Assembly: GCA_000004985.1 (NCBI GenBank)
Contig: GG738860.1
DNA from: Naegleria gruberi
Lineage: Eukaryota
Length of the DNA stretch: 64,000 nucleotides
Strand: one strand, 5' to 3'
The position numbers were made by a program, and so were the translations under genes. Under the pieces are notes generated by a model. That model did not search any database. It saw only the letters and a list, made by a program, of their open reading frames with translations, and was not told where the DNA came from. Shown piece by piece: positions 54,472-64,000 of this stretch; positions within the stretch are counted from its first letter, which is position 1; the number at the start of each line of letters is the position of its first letter.

Positions 54472-56361
54472 TTGATGGACAATGGTATTTTGAGATTAAC
54501 ATTGATGTTCAACAATCATAAAAAAATGTCAGAACAAGACACACCATCTTTCTCCAACAATCCGTTTGGTGGTTTTTTTTCTTTCACACCCAATAACAAT
54601 ACAACAACAACAACAAATAATCCATTTGCTGCTTTTTTAAATACTTCTTTGGAAGAAGCCATTTCATCAAGACCAATATTTGGTGGCGGTACATCAGACA
54701 GTTCTTCTTCATCATTGGTTGATGTTGTTGATTCCCAACCAAAACAGGAAGAAACTAAATATTCAATCGACTCAGTGATTTCTGTATTTTCGGAGAGTAT
54801 TTTGGGGATTACAGAAAGTAAAGGTCGTCATCATCAAGTTTACTTGTTAGATATTTCTGATGTTTCAAATATTAGCAAGGTTATCATTTCAGAATTTGAC
54901 ATCAACGTCAAGGGTCAAGAACAAGTCAATTGTGGTTTTAAGAATGTTTCATTAGATTTTGAAAGTTTAGTCTTGAATAAGATTGAAAATGATTCTAAAA
55001 AAGTGAGAGGTGTATGTAAATTATTCAAGAGAGAATACCCTGTAATTGAAAGTGCAATTATTTCAGATTGGAAACCTCATTCAATGTCTTTAAATAATGT
55101 AATTAGAACTCAGGACTATACAGTTATTGGATTTGTTGATCAATTAGCTGTGGCAACAAAATTTGGATGTAAAAATCCATTCTTAGAAAATAGTTCCACA
55201 GAATGTCTTTTCACAGAAGAATTAATATTGGATTCTAATTCAGTAGATCAGTATGCTGCCATTGATACAGATAGCCCTCTAGTTGTACTTCTCCCTTGTG
55301 AAAATTGCAAGGAGAGAAAATATTCATTGAATGGTTTATGTTTCAATGGATCCATCTTCCTATTCGATTTGAAAGAAAGAAAATTTACAAAATCTGTGAA
55401 ATTTACTGATGAATCATTGGGAAAGCAATTTATTTTAAAGAGATTTATGGATAATCCAGAGTTTATTCCCTATTTAGATGGAAATAGATTGAGAAGTTTC
55501 GTTCTCTCTGAACAGAAACTTTATGAATTTTATTGGAATGTCCAGTATGAGGAATTGGTGTGTGTTGAACATTGCATGTGGGTTAGTGGTCAAATTTCAC
55601 AAGTTCGTATCACAGATGAAGAGTTTGGATTCATTATCTCCACATGGGATAAAAAAATAGTTTTATACAAACCAGGTCAAGTGGGAAAACCTTATAATGA
55701 AGGACACGTTAGAATTATAGAAAAGGAAAAAGTGCTTACTCCATCCATTTGGTGCTCAAAGAGTAAGGTTCTCTTTGAAAGGAGCACATATTACAATTAT
55801 GTTCCACTCAATTTTGAAAACCACAATCTTACATTAGAAGAAATCACCAAATCAGAGGTAAAGAATCCTTTTCAACTTTTCAATATAGCAGACTATGCTA
55901 AAGAATTTGAATTTTCATGCTATGATGAATTAATTGATAATTGTTTGAGTATTAAGAAAATCAAGGTTGGCAGAAAACTCAAAGGCCTTAGATCAGAATT
56001 TATTTACAAAGTCGATAACAAAGAATTAGCTGTCCTAGAATTGGAAATTATTGCTGGACTGACCTCTAATCAATCAACCATCATGGTAGAAACAACCTCC
56101 ATTAGACAAAGTGAAAATTTCAAATTATTGGAATTGAAAGATTTTACCAATTTTCTTGGAGCTCCAATTATTTACAAACGTAAAGATGAGAAGAAATTTC
56201 AGTTTACTTCTTTCATTGATTTAAAAGATGGAAAGAAATCTTCTGAAACTGTAATTTTTGGAGATATTAATGAAGGAAGTGGATCCACTTCAACATCATC
56301 AACACCAATATCCAATTTGGAATTTATTGGCCTTTTAGCACCAAAACAAACCAGGAATTAA
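54472..56361 (+). CDS. Hypothetical 629-aa protein with N-terminal NPF/FG-like motifs (NNPFGGFF, NNPFAAF)
   Basis: Long single ORF with coding-like composition throughout and no recognised domain. The likely start is the internal MSEQDTPSF. The NPF motifs suggest EH-domain-binding or adaptor roles. Confidence 0.5.
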   Translation: MMDNGILRLTLMFNNHKKMSEQDTPSFSNNPFGGFFSFTPNNNTTTTTNNPFAAFLNTSLEEAISSRPIFGGGTSDSSSSSLVDVVDSQPKQEETKYSIDSVISVFSESILGITESKGRHHQVYLLDISDVSNISKVIISEFDINVKGQEQVNCGFKNVSLDFESLVLNKIENDSKKVRGVCKLFKREYPVIESAIISDWKPHSMSLNNVIRTQDYTVIGFVDQLAVATKFGCKNPFLENSSTECLFTEELILDSNSVDQYAAIDTDSPLVVLLPCENCKERKYSLNGLCFNGSIFLFDLKERKFTKSVKFTDESLGKQFILKRFMDNPEFIPYLDGNRLRSFVLSEQKLYEFYWNVQYEELVCVEHCMWVSGQISQVRITDEEFGFIISTWDKKIVLYKPGQVGKPYNEGHVRIIEKEKVLTPSIWCSKSKVLFERSTYYNYVPLNFENHNLTLEEITKSEVKNPFQLFNIADYAKEFEFSCYDELIDNCLSIKKIKVGRKLKGLRSEFIYKVDNKELAVLELEIIAGLTSNQSTIMVETTSIRQSENFKLLELKDFTNFLGAPIIYKRKDEKKFQFTSFIDLKDGKKSSETVIFGDINEGSGSTSTSSTPISNLEFIGLLAPKQTRN

Positions 56362-56415
56362 ATCTTATTTTCAAAATGGATAAAAACTAAGCCATTGGTC
56401 GCCAACTGAATAATA

Positions 56416-57522
56416 CTAATTAATATCAATTGATTTTAATTGTTTCATTTCAATTATGAATTTGGCTACTTCATCACCAATTTGATTTCTACCAATATCA
56501 AGTGATGTTAATTGTTTCATTTCAATTATGAACTTGGCTCCTTCATCACCAATACAATTGTTACTAATATTAAGTGATGTTAATTGTTTCATTTCACTTA
56601 TGAACTTGGCTCCTTCAGCATAAATTTGATTGTCAGAAATATCAAGTGATGTTAATTGTTTCATTTCACTTATGAATTTGGCTCCTTCAGCATAAATTTG
56701 ATTGTTATTAATACCAAGTGATTTTAATTGTTTCATTTCACTTATGAACTTGGCTCCTTCCACACCAATACGATTGTTATTGACAGTAAGTGATGTTAAT
56801 TGTTTCATGTCACTTATGAATTTGGCTACTTCATCACCAATGTGATTTCTACCAATATCAAGTGATGTTAATTGTTTCATTTCACTTATTGGTTTGATTC
56901 CGTCTATACCAATCCAATCGTTATAAATATTAAGTGATTTTAATTGCTTCAGTTCACTTATGAATTTGGCTCCTTTATCATATATTCGATTTCCACCAAT
57001 ATCAAGTGATGTTAATTGTTTCATTTCACTTATTGATTTGGCTCCTTCAGCATAAATTAGATTGTAAGAAATATCAAGTGATGTTAATTGTTTCATCTTA
57101 GTCATTTCATTTATGAATTTAGGTGTTTCTTCAGAGTTAAACAACATTTCAGAAAATTTAACATCAACAATACTACTCATAAATCGACTATTCATGAATA
57201 ATTTAATTCTATATCCAGTAAATTTTTTTTTAAATTTAATAACCAGTTTGGAACGTTCCTTGATCACATTAAAGAATTGTTTTGAAATTAAAACGCAATT
57301 TTTTAAAATAAACCACGAATCATCAATCATGGAAATTATTTCAAAACAAATATCATCTGAAAATATTTCTTGTTCTGGGAGTGCAACAAGTTTTTTCTTT
57401 TTTGCCTTCTCCTCCATGTCATTATTGTCTAGCTCCTCCGAAATTAATATTTTTCTAATCCTGCTTCGTTTGCTCATTTTTTTTGTAAAATTTCTAAAGC
57501 GCTGTTTTTTGCTTGATATCAA
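56416..57522 (-). CDS. F-box-like / leucine-rich-repeat protein (RNI-type 24-residue LRRs)
   Basis: N-terminus with F-box-like segment: IFSDDICFEIISMIDDSWFILKNCVLISKQFFNVI. About ten tandem 24-aa repeats follow: MKQLTSLDI..N.I..EGAKFISE. Confidence 0.6.
   Translation of the reverse strand: MISSKKQRFRNFTKKMSKRSRIRKILISEELDNNDMEEKAKKKKLVALPEQEIFSDDICFEIISMIDDSWFILKNCVLISKQFFNVIKERSKLVIKFKKKFTGYRIKLFMNSRFMSSIVDVKFSEMLFNSEETPKFINEMTKMKQLTSLDISYNLIYAEGAKSISEMKQLTSLDIGGNRIYDKGAKFISELKQLKSLNIYNDWIGIDGIKPISEMKQLTSLDIGRNHIGDEVAKFISDMKQLTSLTVNNNRIGVEGAKFISEMKQLKSLGINNNQIYAEGAKFISEMKQLTSLDISDNQIYAEGAKFISEMKQLTSLNISNNCIGDEGAKFIIEMKQLTSLDIGRNQIGDEVAKFIIEMKQLKSIDIN
56430..57110. repeat. Intragenic tandem repeat, 72-nt period, ~9.5 copies (encodes the LRR array)
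   Basis: The unit aagtgatgttaattgtttcatttcacttatgaa(c/t)ttggctccttca... recurs every 72 nt with >85% nucleotide identity between units. This indicates recent repeat expansion or concerted evolution. Confidence 0.85.
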
Positions 57523-57627
57523 GTAAGTGCTTTACAATTTCTTTTTACAATTCATGTTTGATTGACTTCAAACTTCCACCAATAATAAGAAAAAATTTTA
57601 ATGTGGAGGACTACGTGCTAAATTGTT

Positions 57628-58452
57628 GTGCAAAAAAAAATGGCGCGAACCAAACAAACCAAAAGAAAAACATGCCCAAACACTGAAGAAGAACGAATCG
57701 AAAAGATTAAACAACGTAAAATCCTTCTTGGTCAAGAAAATCACTCATGGAAAAGAACCTCTCCTTCCTTCATTCTCTACCCGACCGATATTTCCATCCG
57801 CTGCACGATTACCAACTCTGAAACTGATCCGAATTCTAATCAATTATTATTATTATTGGGAAATAAGTTTGTAGAACATGTATGCTCTGATTCAACTTGT
57901 CATTGCGATCTTCCACGAATTAATTGGCAAAAAACTGGATTTTATACACAATTTTTTAGTGATGTTTTGGTTAACCCTAGAAATGATTATACGTTCCTAG
58001 GTGATGGGGAAGCTAGTGAAGAGTATTCAGAAAGGGCAATGAATATTCTTGAAAAAGTGTTAAATAATGTTCAAGCTTATGAAATGAATACGAAACTGAT
58101 CGAATGTGAAAGAAAAAAAGAAAGTATCAACAGTATTACCATTGAATATTCAACATGTGGATCAAAGTGTTATTACAAATCAAATTGTGATTATGAATAT
58201 GAATTTGTAGTATTACTAGTGAGCGAGGATGAACATCTTGCATTTGGACATATTGGATGTCATGCTTTCTATTTATTACCTGGATTGGAATATTTAAATT
58301 CAGATGGAAGTTCACCCAATGTCTGCTCTGATTCCATTATAACCTATGATGAGGAGAATGATATGTACCATCCAAATATTATTCCACTTTCTAAGGTTTT
58401 GAAAAAATCGAAAGAATTTTTAAGAAATGTTTTAGATGACAGATATCACTAG
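57628..58452 (+). CDS. Hypothetical Cys-containing protein; N-terminus (from second Met) MARTKQTKRK resembles the histone H3 tail
   Basis: 274-aa ORF with several Cys/His (CSDSTCHCD, CGSKCYYKSNCD, GHIGCH). No family was recognised. Confidence 0.45.
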   Translation: MQKKMARTKQTKRKTCPNTEEERIEKIKQRKILLGQENHSWKRTSPSFILYPTDISIRCTITNSETDPNSNQLLLLLGNKFVEHVCSDSTCHCDLPRINWQKTGFYTQFFSDVLVNPRNDYTFLGDGEASEEYSERAMNILEKVLNNVQAYEMNTKLIECERKKESINSITIEYSTCGSKCYYKSNCDYEYEFVVLLVSEDEHLAFGHIGCHAFYLLPGLEYLNSDGSSPNVCSDSIITYDEENDMYHPNIIPLSKVLKKSKEFLRNVLDDRYH

Positions 58453-58598
58453 AGAGTTTATTTTACATATTTGAATTATTGACTGGTACTGTAACAATAA
58501 AATTTATTTTTTGAAACGACAAAATTTGGCGGGGCTGTGTAATGGAAGATCCATATTATTCGAAACAAAAAGAAAGTACCTACGTGAATATTTCGTAA

Positions 58599-59591
58599 AT
58601 GAATGAACTCCATTCACAATTAAAACAATTAGAAAAATCAGAAGAAATTCTTTCGGAAAATCCACACCGTTTCACTCTCTTTCCGATTCAATATCCTAAA
58701 CTGTGGGAAATTTATAAAAAGAGATTGGCATCTTCCATTTGGAGTGTTGAACAATTTGATCAAATTATTAGAAATGACATTTCTAAATTATCGGAAATTT
58801 GCAATTCTGATCACAGTTTCATCAAGATTATTCTTGCGTTTCTTGTTGCAAATTGTAAACAGAAAACAAATCTATGGGGAGCATTCAAAGATATTCAAAT
58901 ACTAGAAGCAAAACATTTCCACGGCTTTCGGCTGGCCATGAAGAATATTCATTACGAAATGTATTGTAATCTATTCGAAATTTTAACAGAAGAAACAGAA
59001 AGAAGTGAACTAATAGAAAAAATGATCAATTCAACCATGAAGAAATCTCAATATACAAAGAAATGGCTCAATTCTGACAATTTATTTTCTGAAAGATTGA
59101 TAGGTTTAGTTTGCATTGAACAGATTTTCCTTTCTGCAAGTTTCTTTTCCATTTTTTGGCTAAAGAAGCGTGGATTAATGTCAGCTTTAACAATTTCCAA
59201 CGATTTGATTTTCAGAGATGAAGAATTTCATTCCAATTTTTTATATTCTCTATATTCGAATTTGAAACATTCTAAACTTCCTCAAACTCTCGTTCATTCA
59301 CTTGTCAAGGAAGCAGTTGACATTGAAAAGGAATTTATTACAAGTTTACCCACTGAATTGATTGAATTGGATAGAAACTCCATGTATCAGTATGTGGAAG
59401 TAGTTTCAGATAACATTCTAATTTCATTTGGTTATGAAAAACTCTTCCATACTGAAAATCAATGTTCATGGATTCAAGACATGTTAATGAACAAGTCGGG
59501 TTTCTTCTGGAAAATTGGATTAGAATCCTATTCTTCCATTCCACATTTCCCAACCATTAACAATGAATTAAAATTGGATGAAGATTTTTAA
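58599..59591 (+). CDS. Ribonucleotide reductase small-subunit (R2)-like protein with substituted di-iron ligands (Rnr4-like, probably non-catalytic)
   Basis: Collinear with eukaryotic RNR R2. [18 protein letters not shown] matches [38 protein letters not shown] matches [69 protein letters not shown] matches [49 protein letters not shown]. A C-terminal LDEDF tail is present. The ENIH Glu is replaced by Lys, and the Asp of the AASDG motif is absent (LVANCK). Confidence 0.8.
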   Translation: [330 protein letters not shown]

Positions 59592-60198
59592 CCATTTTCC
59601 AAAACCTCAAATAATTTTGAACTACTTTATATATTTACAAGATTTTTTGAGCAAACAACTTATTGTTTTTGTTGGCTTAATGGTTGTTTTGATGTTGTGT
59701 TCCTTGTTCTTGGTAAACTTGTTCTGGATCAACTTGAGGATAAACTTGTTGGTAAGTATTTAGGGAGTGTTGTTCTCTTTGTGTTTGATAAGAAACTTGT
59801 TGTGGTTGAGTTTCTTGTTGACCTTGACTAATTGCTTTGGCTTGTTTCTTAATAAAAATGACTGAAATAATGGCAATCAATGGATAACCAATTGCAAACC
59901 AAACTCAGACTCATTCGCATTTGGCTGGCTGGTTCAGTAATTAGTCTTTCTCTCAATACAGACACTCCCTCCAATTAAGTAAATAGTCTCAAATATAGTT
60001 ATCACAATTTTGAAAATGATGGAAAAGGAAGCTCTGTTGTTCTTTCACATAAGTGTTTAATTGTTGACTACATTTCCGTACAACCAATTGATCGATTGAA
60101 ATCTGCTTGAACTAATCCAAGTCTTTTTCCTTTGAAAATGTCGTAAAACTGAACTGTACTCGACAAGTGTTCAATGTTCTCAGACTCTCAAAAAAAAT

Positions 60199-60999
60199 TT
60201 GAGCCATCTTGAATCCATTGTAACTTTAAAAAAAATGGCAAACATGATTACTGACATTCCCAATGATGTTCTATTAGACATTCTCTCCGATTTTGACCTA
60301 AAAGATTTATTCAATCTCTCACTCTGTAATCAATTCTTTTTAAAATTAATATTCAATCAGACATTGAAAGATTTCTCCAAGTTTAATCTTGTTAAAAATC
60401 TATCCGAAAAGCCAATACTCTCCCGATACGAATTTAGATATACGAAAGATGAGAAGGATTTTGAATTTTGTAAAACTCAGAATAGAATTTGGAGAATTCA
60501 TTTGATTTCCTACTTTCCCAAATTTAAAAGTGATTTGAATGTGAAAAATTGGCTCCATGTATTGAGGTGGGTAGTTTACAAAGTTTACAATAATTCCAAT
60601 ATTGAAACTCTTACATTTTTTATTTTAATGAAATATTGATTATTTATCATGAAAAGGAGGAGAATTCTCCATTTGAAATTGTATGATCCATCCAAATTAC
60701 CCCTCACTCCAAATACAAATAGTAAATCATTCGAGGTGGAGAAGCCAATCTTTGTACATAGTAACAATGACTCGAAATTTATTGAAGGTTGTGAATGGAT
60801 TTATAAGTGTCCACTCAAATATGAAGAATTATCATTTTTGAAGGAGAATTCAAGATTATGTAAGGAATGTTCCAAAGTTGTTTATTTTGTGAATAATATT
60901 GAGGATTTTACGGAAAAGATTGAGGAAGGAAAGTGTGTAGCATATCAAGCAAAGGTTAAAACGAATTATGTTATTCACATGGGAAGAAAATGTTTTTAA
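60199..60999 (+). CDS. F-box protein with Cys-rich C-terminal region; putative single intron
   Basis: F-box: IPNDVLLDILSDFDLKDLFNLSLCNQFF. Joining the ORFs 60199..60639 and 60649..60999 needs an intron 60567..60656 (GTGGGT...AAAAG, phase 2), giving ...NWLHVLR-RRILHLKLYD.... The splice is plausible but weak. Confidence 0.4.
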
Positions 61000-61254
61000 A
61001 ATAATTCCATAAATGGAAATTTAAATTCTCAATTCCAAAAAGTGATGATGAGAACTCATCTCTCAGTTAATCTTTGAATAAGTTCAACACTCTAAATCTC
61101 TATCCAATTAATAAATGATAGTATGATGTGGAATTTATTGTAAATTTTACATTGTTACTTGAAAGTGGTAACATTCTCAGTTCATTAGAAAGGAAGTATG
61201 GAAAATATCACAATTCTAAATCATTGGTTGCAAAAGAGTGGATAAATATGTCAT

Positions 61255-61632
61255 TTGTTAATAAACCAGCGAACAGTCAACTTGAGGATAAAACTCAAAA
61301 AAAACATCATCATGGCCATCACTTGTTGCTTCTCTGACAAACCAATCAATGCATGGGATAAAGGAGATTGGTTATTTGCTTTCATTTTGCTCATGTCTGT
61401 CATTTGTCCACCACTGACAGTTTGTTACTGCTTCTTTTGCATTCCACTCAATAAGAAGAGAATTCACGAGGTTATGGAAGATCCTAGCAGGAGTTTATGG
61501 TGTTCACCTGAAACTAATCCTGCACTTCATATATTCTTGAGCTTTTTATTCACATTACTGTTTTGGTTGCCTGGTGTTTTTCATGCTTGGTATGTCATCT
61601 TTGCAGTTTCAGTTGCTGTACATGGTAAATAA
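61255..61632 (+). CDS. Small Cys-rich two-TM membrane protein (likely start MAITCCF at 61312)
   Basis: Two hydrophobic helices (WLFAFILLMSVICPPLTVCYCFFCI and LHIFLSFLFTLLFWLPGVFHAWYVIFAVSV). A short ORF with no family assigned. Confidence 0.3.
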   Translation: MLINQRTVNLRIKLKKNIIMAITCCFSDKPINAWDKGDWLFAFILLMSVICPPLTVCYCFFCIPLNKKRIHEVMEDPSRSLWCSPETNPALHIFLSFLFTLLFWLPGVFHAWYVIFAVSVAVHGK

Positions 61633-61770
61633 TTATAAACAGTATTCCAATAAAAGAACACAATATAATGCTTATCTACTAAACCACGTAATTACTCCGT
61701 TGTCGATTAGTAAAAAAAACCTCAACACCAATTTCTCCGCTCAAATAATTTCATATTTACAGTAAAAAAA

Positions 61771-63514
61771 ATGAAAAAAACCGTTGTAAATAATAAGGCA
61801 GACTCATCGGCAACAAAACCAACATTTCAACCGGAGACTTCACATAAGAAGGCCCTTTCAATTTATGGAGGCAGTGCAAAGACGGTAGTAGCTCCCACTG
61901 CTGTGTCTACCTCAAAATCAAATTCTCAGCAAGCAAAAAAAGTTCCGATAATTGTTGATGCTTCTTCTGGTAGTAGTAGTAAATCACAAACAAAAGTTTC
62001 AATTAAGACGGCAACTGTGTCGTCTCAAAAGGATGCCTCTGTTACTCAATCGAAAGAAGAGAAATTAAAGGAATTGTTTGCTCAATTACCTCAAGAAATT
62101 GTGTTGCAAGTTTTGGATTATTATGTTGGTTCGGGATTTAAAGCTTGTTTTCCAAGATTTGAAAAATTGGCAAATACTAATTTTAAGGAAGCATTTGAAT
62201 ACGATTCTTTGAGTTTTGATGAATCAATGTTTTACAAACAATATTTTGGAAAGTTCAAAAACAGAGGAGACACAAACCCAAAACCTATTTTCTGGAGGTC
62301 AGCAAGTGAAAATCTTGTAGATTTAAATAGAATTTCTAAGGAATTCCATTACTTGTTATCATTGCAAATTTAGGTCGAGAACCTATTGATATTTATTACA
62401 AAAAGTTGTGTACTTTATATTTTGCAATTAGAAAGAAAAGACCAAGTGATCTGGAGCAAATAGAGACCAGAAGATTGAATTATATTGCTAATATTTTCGA
62501 GAAGGATAAAGGCTTATGTGAAAAGGTTAAAATTCTTGATTTTTACGGATTGGAAACGTTTGAAGGGACTATTGATTTTGCAGCAAATAATTTTCCAAAT
62601 ATAGAAATACTAACACTAGGGTTTCAACAAGGATTACTAAAGGTTATGAATTTCGTAGAACAATAGATATGTACCAAATTGTTTCTGCAATCTGCAAAAT
62701 GAGCAAATTGAAGGAGTTCAAATTTAAGGGAAGGAACTTTTACTTTGAGGGCATTGAAGAAATCTCAAAGTCAACACCTCTTATTCAGAAATTTTCACTC
62801 ATAGGCTCTAGATCAATTCTTGAATGTGGTAAATCTATTGGAAATTGGAAACATTTAAGAGAAATAGAAGGAGCAGTCCATTCCTACTTTGATAATAGTT
62901 CCATTGCAACTCCACCAACTCCACAAGAACAAACAAATTTCTTCACAGTCATTAATGAAATTAATTTAGAAAAGTTAGAGCTGCTGAATGATGATATTTC
63001 CAGTGCCAAGTTCCATAAACTGCCATCTTCACTCATAACTCTTAACTTGGAAAGAACAAGAGTTAGTTCTAAATTATTTGAAGCAATTTCAGAGTTGGAA
63101 AATCTCAAGATTCTTATTCTTGACAGCACATCTGGGTTCGAAAGTGAAGATTTCCAACATCTCAATAGTTTGCCAAACCTTGAAGAGTTATCACTTAATA
63201 AGAGTTCTCATTGTGGAGATGTTGGGTTGAAACACATCTCTGCCGTTAAAAGTTTGAAAAGAGTTTTCTTGAACAAGTGTGAGATACATGATGAAGGAGG
63301 AATCTCACTTTCCAAATTGAGTAATCTTGAAATTATTGACCTTCAATATTCTGATATTACAGAGAAAACAATTAACAATATTGTTCAAAACTGTAAGAAA
63401 ATCAAAAAGATTTGCGTGTATAAATGTCAGAAAATCTCTAAAAATAAGATAGCTGACCTTCCCAACATAAAACAGATTCTCTCAGAAAATCCAATCAACA
63501 GAGAGTATTATTAA
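61771..63514 (+). CDS. F-box/LRR-repeat (FBXL-like) protein; three consecutive ORF segments (61771..62373, 62406..62666, 62669..63514) that are probably exons of one gene with short unresolved introns or frame errors
   Basis: Segment 1 has a Ser/Thr/Lys-rich N-terminus and an F-box (LFAQLPQEIVLQVLDYYV). Segments 2 and 3 contain cysteine-containing LRRs typical of FBXL proteins (LNKSSHCGDVGLKHISAVKSLKRVFLNKCEIHDEGGISL...NCKKIKKICVYKCQKI). The junctions lack clean GT..AG sites, so the structure is uncertain. Confidence 0.45.
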
Positions 63515-63551
63515 CATTTAATGATTTGTTTGTTCGAACTTGAGACATTTA

Positions 63552-63980
63552 TTACAAAAACTCACTAGTTTTTGCAGGACGTCTAATTGAATTTGTCATA
63601 CCATCATGAAATTCCAAATACATGGTATGAATTGATTTGAGTTGAGATCGTCTTCTATTCTTTTGCTCAATAGCAACTTGAGCACTGACATTCTTTGGAG
63701 AGGCCATTGGAGAAGATTTAATCTTTTCTAACATTTCTTCATTGGTTTGTTCATTCTTCTTTTTGAACTTTCTCTCTAATTTTTCAAAGTGAAGAGCGGA
63801 AGAGATAATCTTTTTGAAAGACTCACTAATTACAACAGGATTATTTTCCTGGTTTGGAGTAGATGAGTTTGGTGGTTGTGGGATTGTTTTTTGGGAGGTT
63901 TTTTCTTGCTTTTGGTTGGATGGATACACACTCACTTCATCAAGTGGAGGATCAATCATATTTTCATGAGTTTCATTCAC
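63552..63980 (-). CDS. Hypothetical protein (Pro/Ser/Asn-rich N-terminal half, basic C-terminal half); may extend beyond the right edge
   Basis: 142-aa minus ORF near the window end with no recognised domain. Low-complexity content makes coding status uncertain. Confidence 0.3.
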   Translation of the reverse strand: MNETHENMIDPPLDEVSVYPSNQKQEKTSQKTIPQPPNSSTPNQENNPVVISESFKKIISSALHFEKLERKFKKKNEQTNEEMLEKIKSSPMASPKNVSAQVAIEQKNRRRSQLKSIHTMYLEFHDGMTNSIRRPAKTSEFL

Positions 63981-64000
63981 ATAGGTCTGTTTGACATTAA

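Noticed and set aside
57113-57526. Plus-strand ORF antisense to the LRR gene N-terminus
   Set aside because: Overlaps a better-supported minus-strand gene. Low-complexity antisense translation.
1-64000. Prokaryotic-style features (operons, CRISPR arrays, RBS, rho-independent terminators)
   Set aside because: The sequence is eukaryotic, with spliceosomal introns with GT..AG ends, Pol III genes with T-run terminators, and eukaryotic protein families. No direct-repeat or spacer arrays are present.

Overview
This window is nuclear DNA of an AT-rich, intron-containing eukaryote, most likely a dictyostelid-type social amoeba. The evidence: the 5S rRNA is very close to the Dictyostelium discoideum 5S; the genes include Ssn6/trfA-like, ACG-like sensor cyclase and TKL receptor-kinase genes; introns are short (41-330 nt) with GTAAGT/GTATGT donors; intergenic DNA is very AT-rich. 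No prokaryotic features or CRISPR arrays are present.

About 35 protein-coding genes can be supported. With a symbol where recognised:
- NAD+ synthetase (nadsyn1, 6 exons)
- Wee1 kinase (wee1)
- PPIL4 cyclophilin-RRM protein (ppil4)
- Ssn6/Cyc8-like TPR corepressor (trfA)
- ribonucleotide-reductase small-subunit-like protein (call only, no symbol given)

Recognised by family only:
- HAD-like hydrolase
- class III nucleotidyl cyclase with an extracellular sensor domain
- TAPT1-like membrane protein
- class-3 lipase
- several F-box and LRR proteins
- ankyrin protein
- secreted orphan proteins

RNA genes and repeats:
- five tRNA genes, all on the minus strand: Asp-GUC x2, Ser-GCU, Thr-AGU, Trp-CCA
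- two 5S rRNA genes
- the 5S and tRNA-Asp genes sit in a 1.18-kb unit that occurs twice with 100% identity; the second copy is flanked by assembly gaps

The most interesting structure is a ~27-kb island from about 22.4 to 49.6 kb, bracketed by two inverted paralogous RGS+START-domain genes.
- The two paralogs share a ~215-bp near-identical tract, which looks like gene conversion.
- The island holds the 5S/tRNA units, a 1452-aa secreted orphan protein and a cysteine-rich secreted protein.
- It also holds a large receptor-like kinase: signal peptide, tenascin-type EGF repeats, NHL beta-propeller, long EGF array, REJ-like region, TM segment and TKL kinase. That gene is broken by three N-gaps of 50, 8970 and 172 N.

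Other notable points are an R2-like RNR subunit with substituted iron ligands, a sensor cyclase lacking canonical catalytic Asn/Arg, a lipase with a ~200-aa lysine-rich N-terminal extension, and a 72-nt tandem LRR array. Giant ORFs spanning N-runs and antisense ORFs in low-complexity genes are artefacts.
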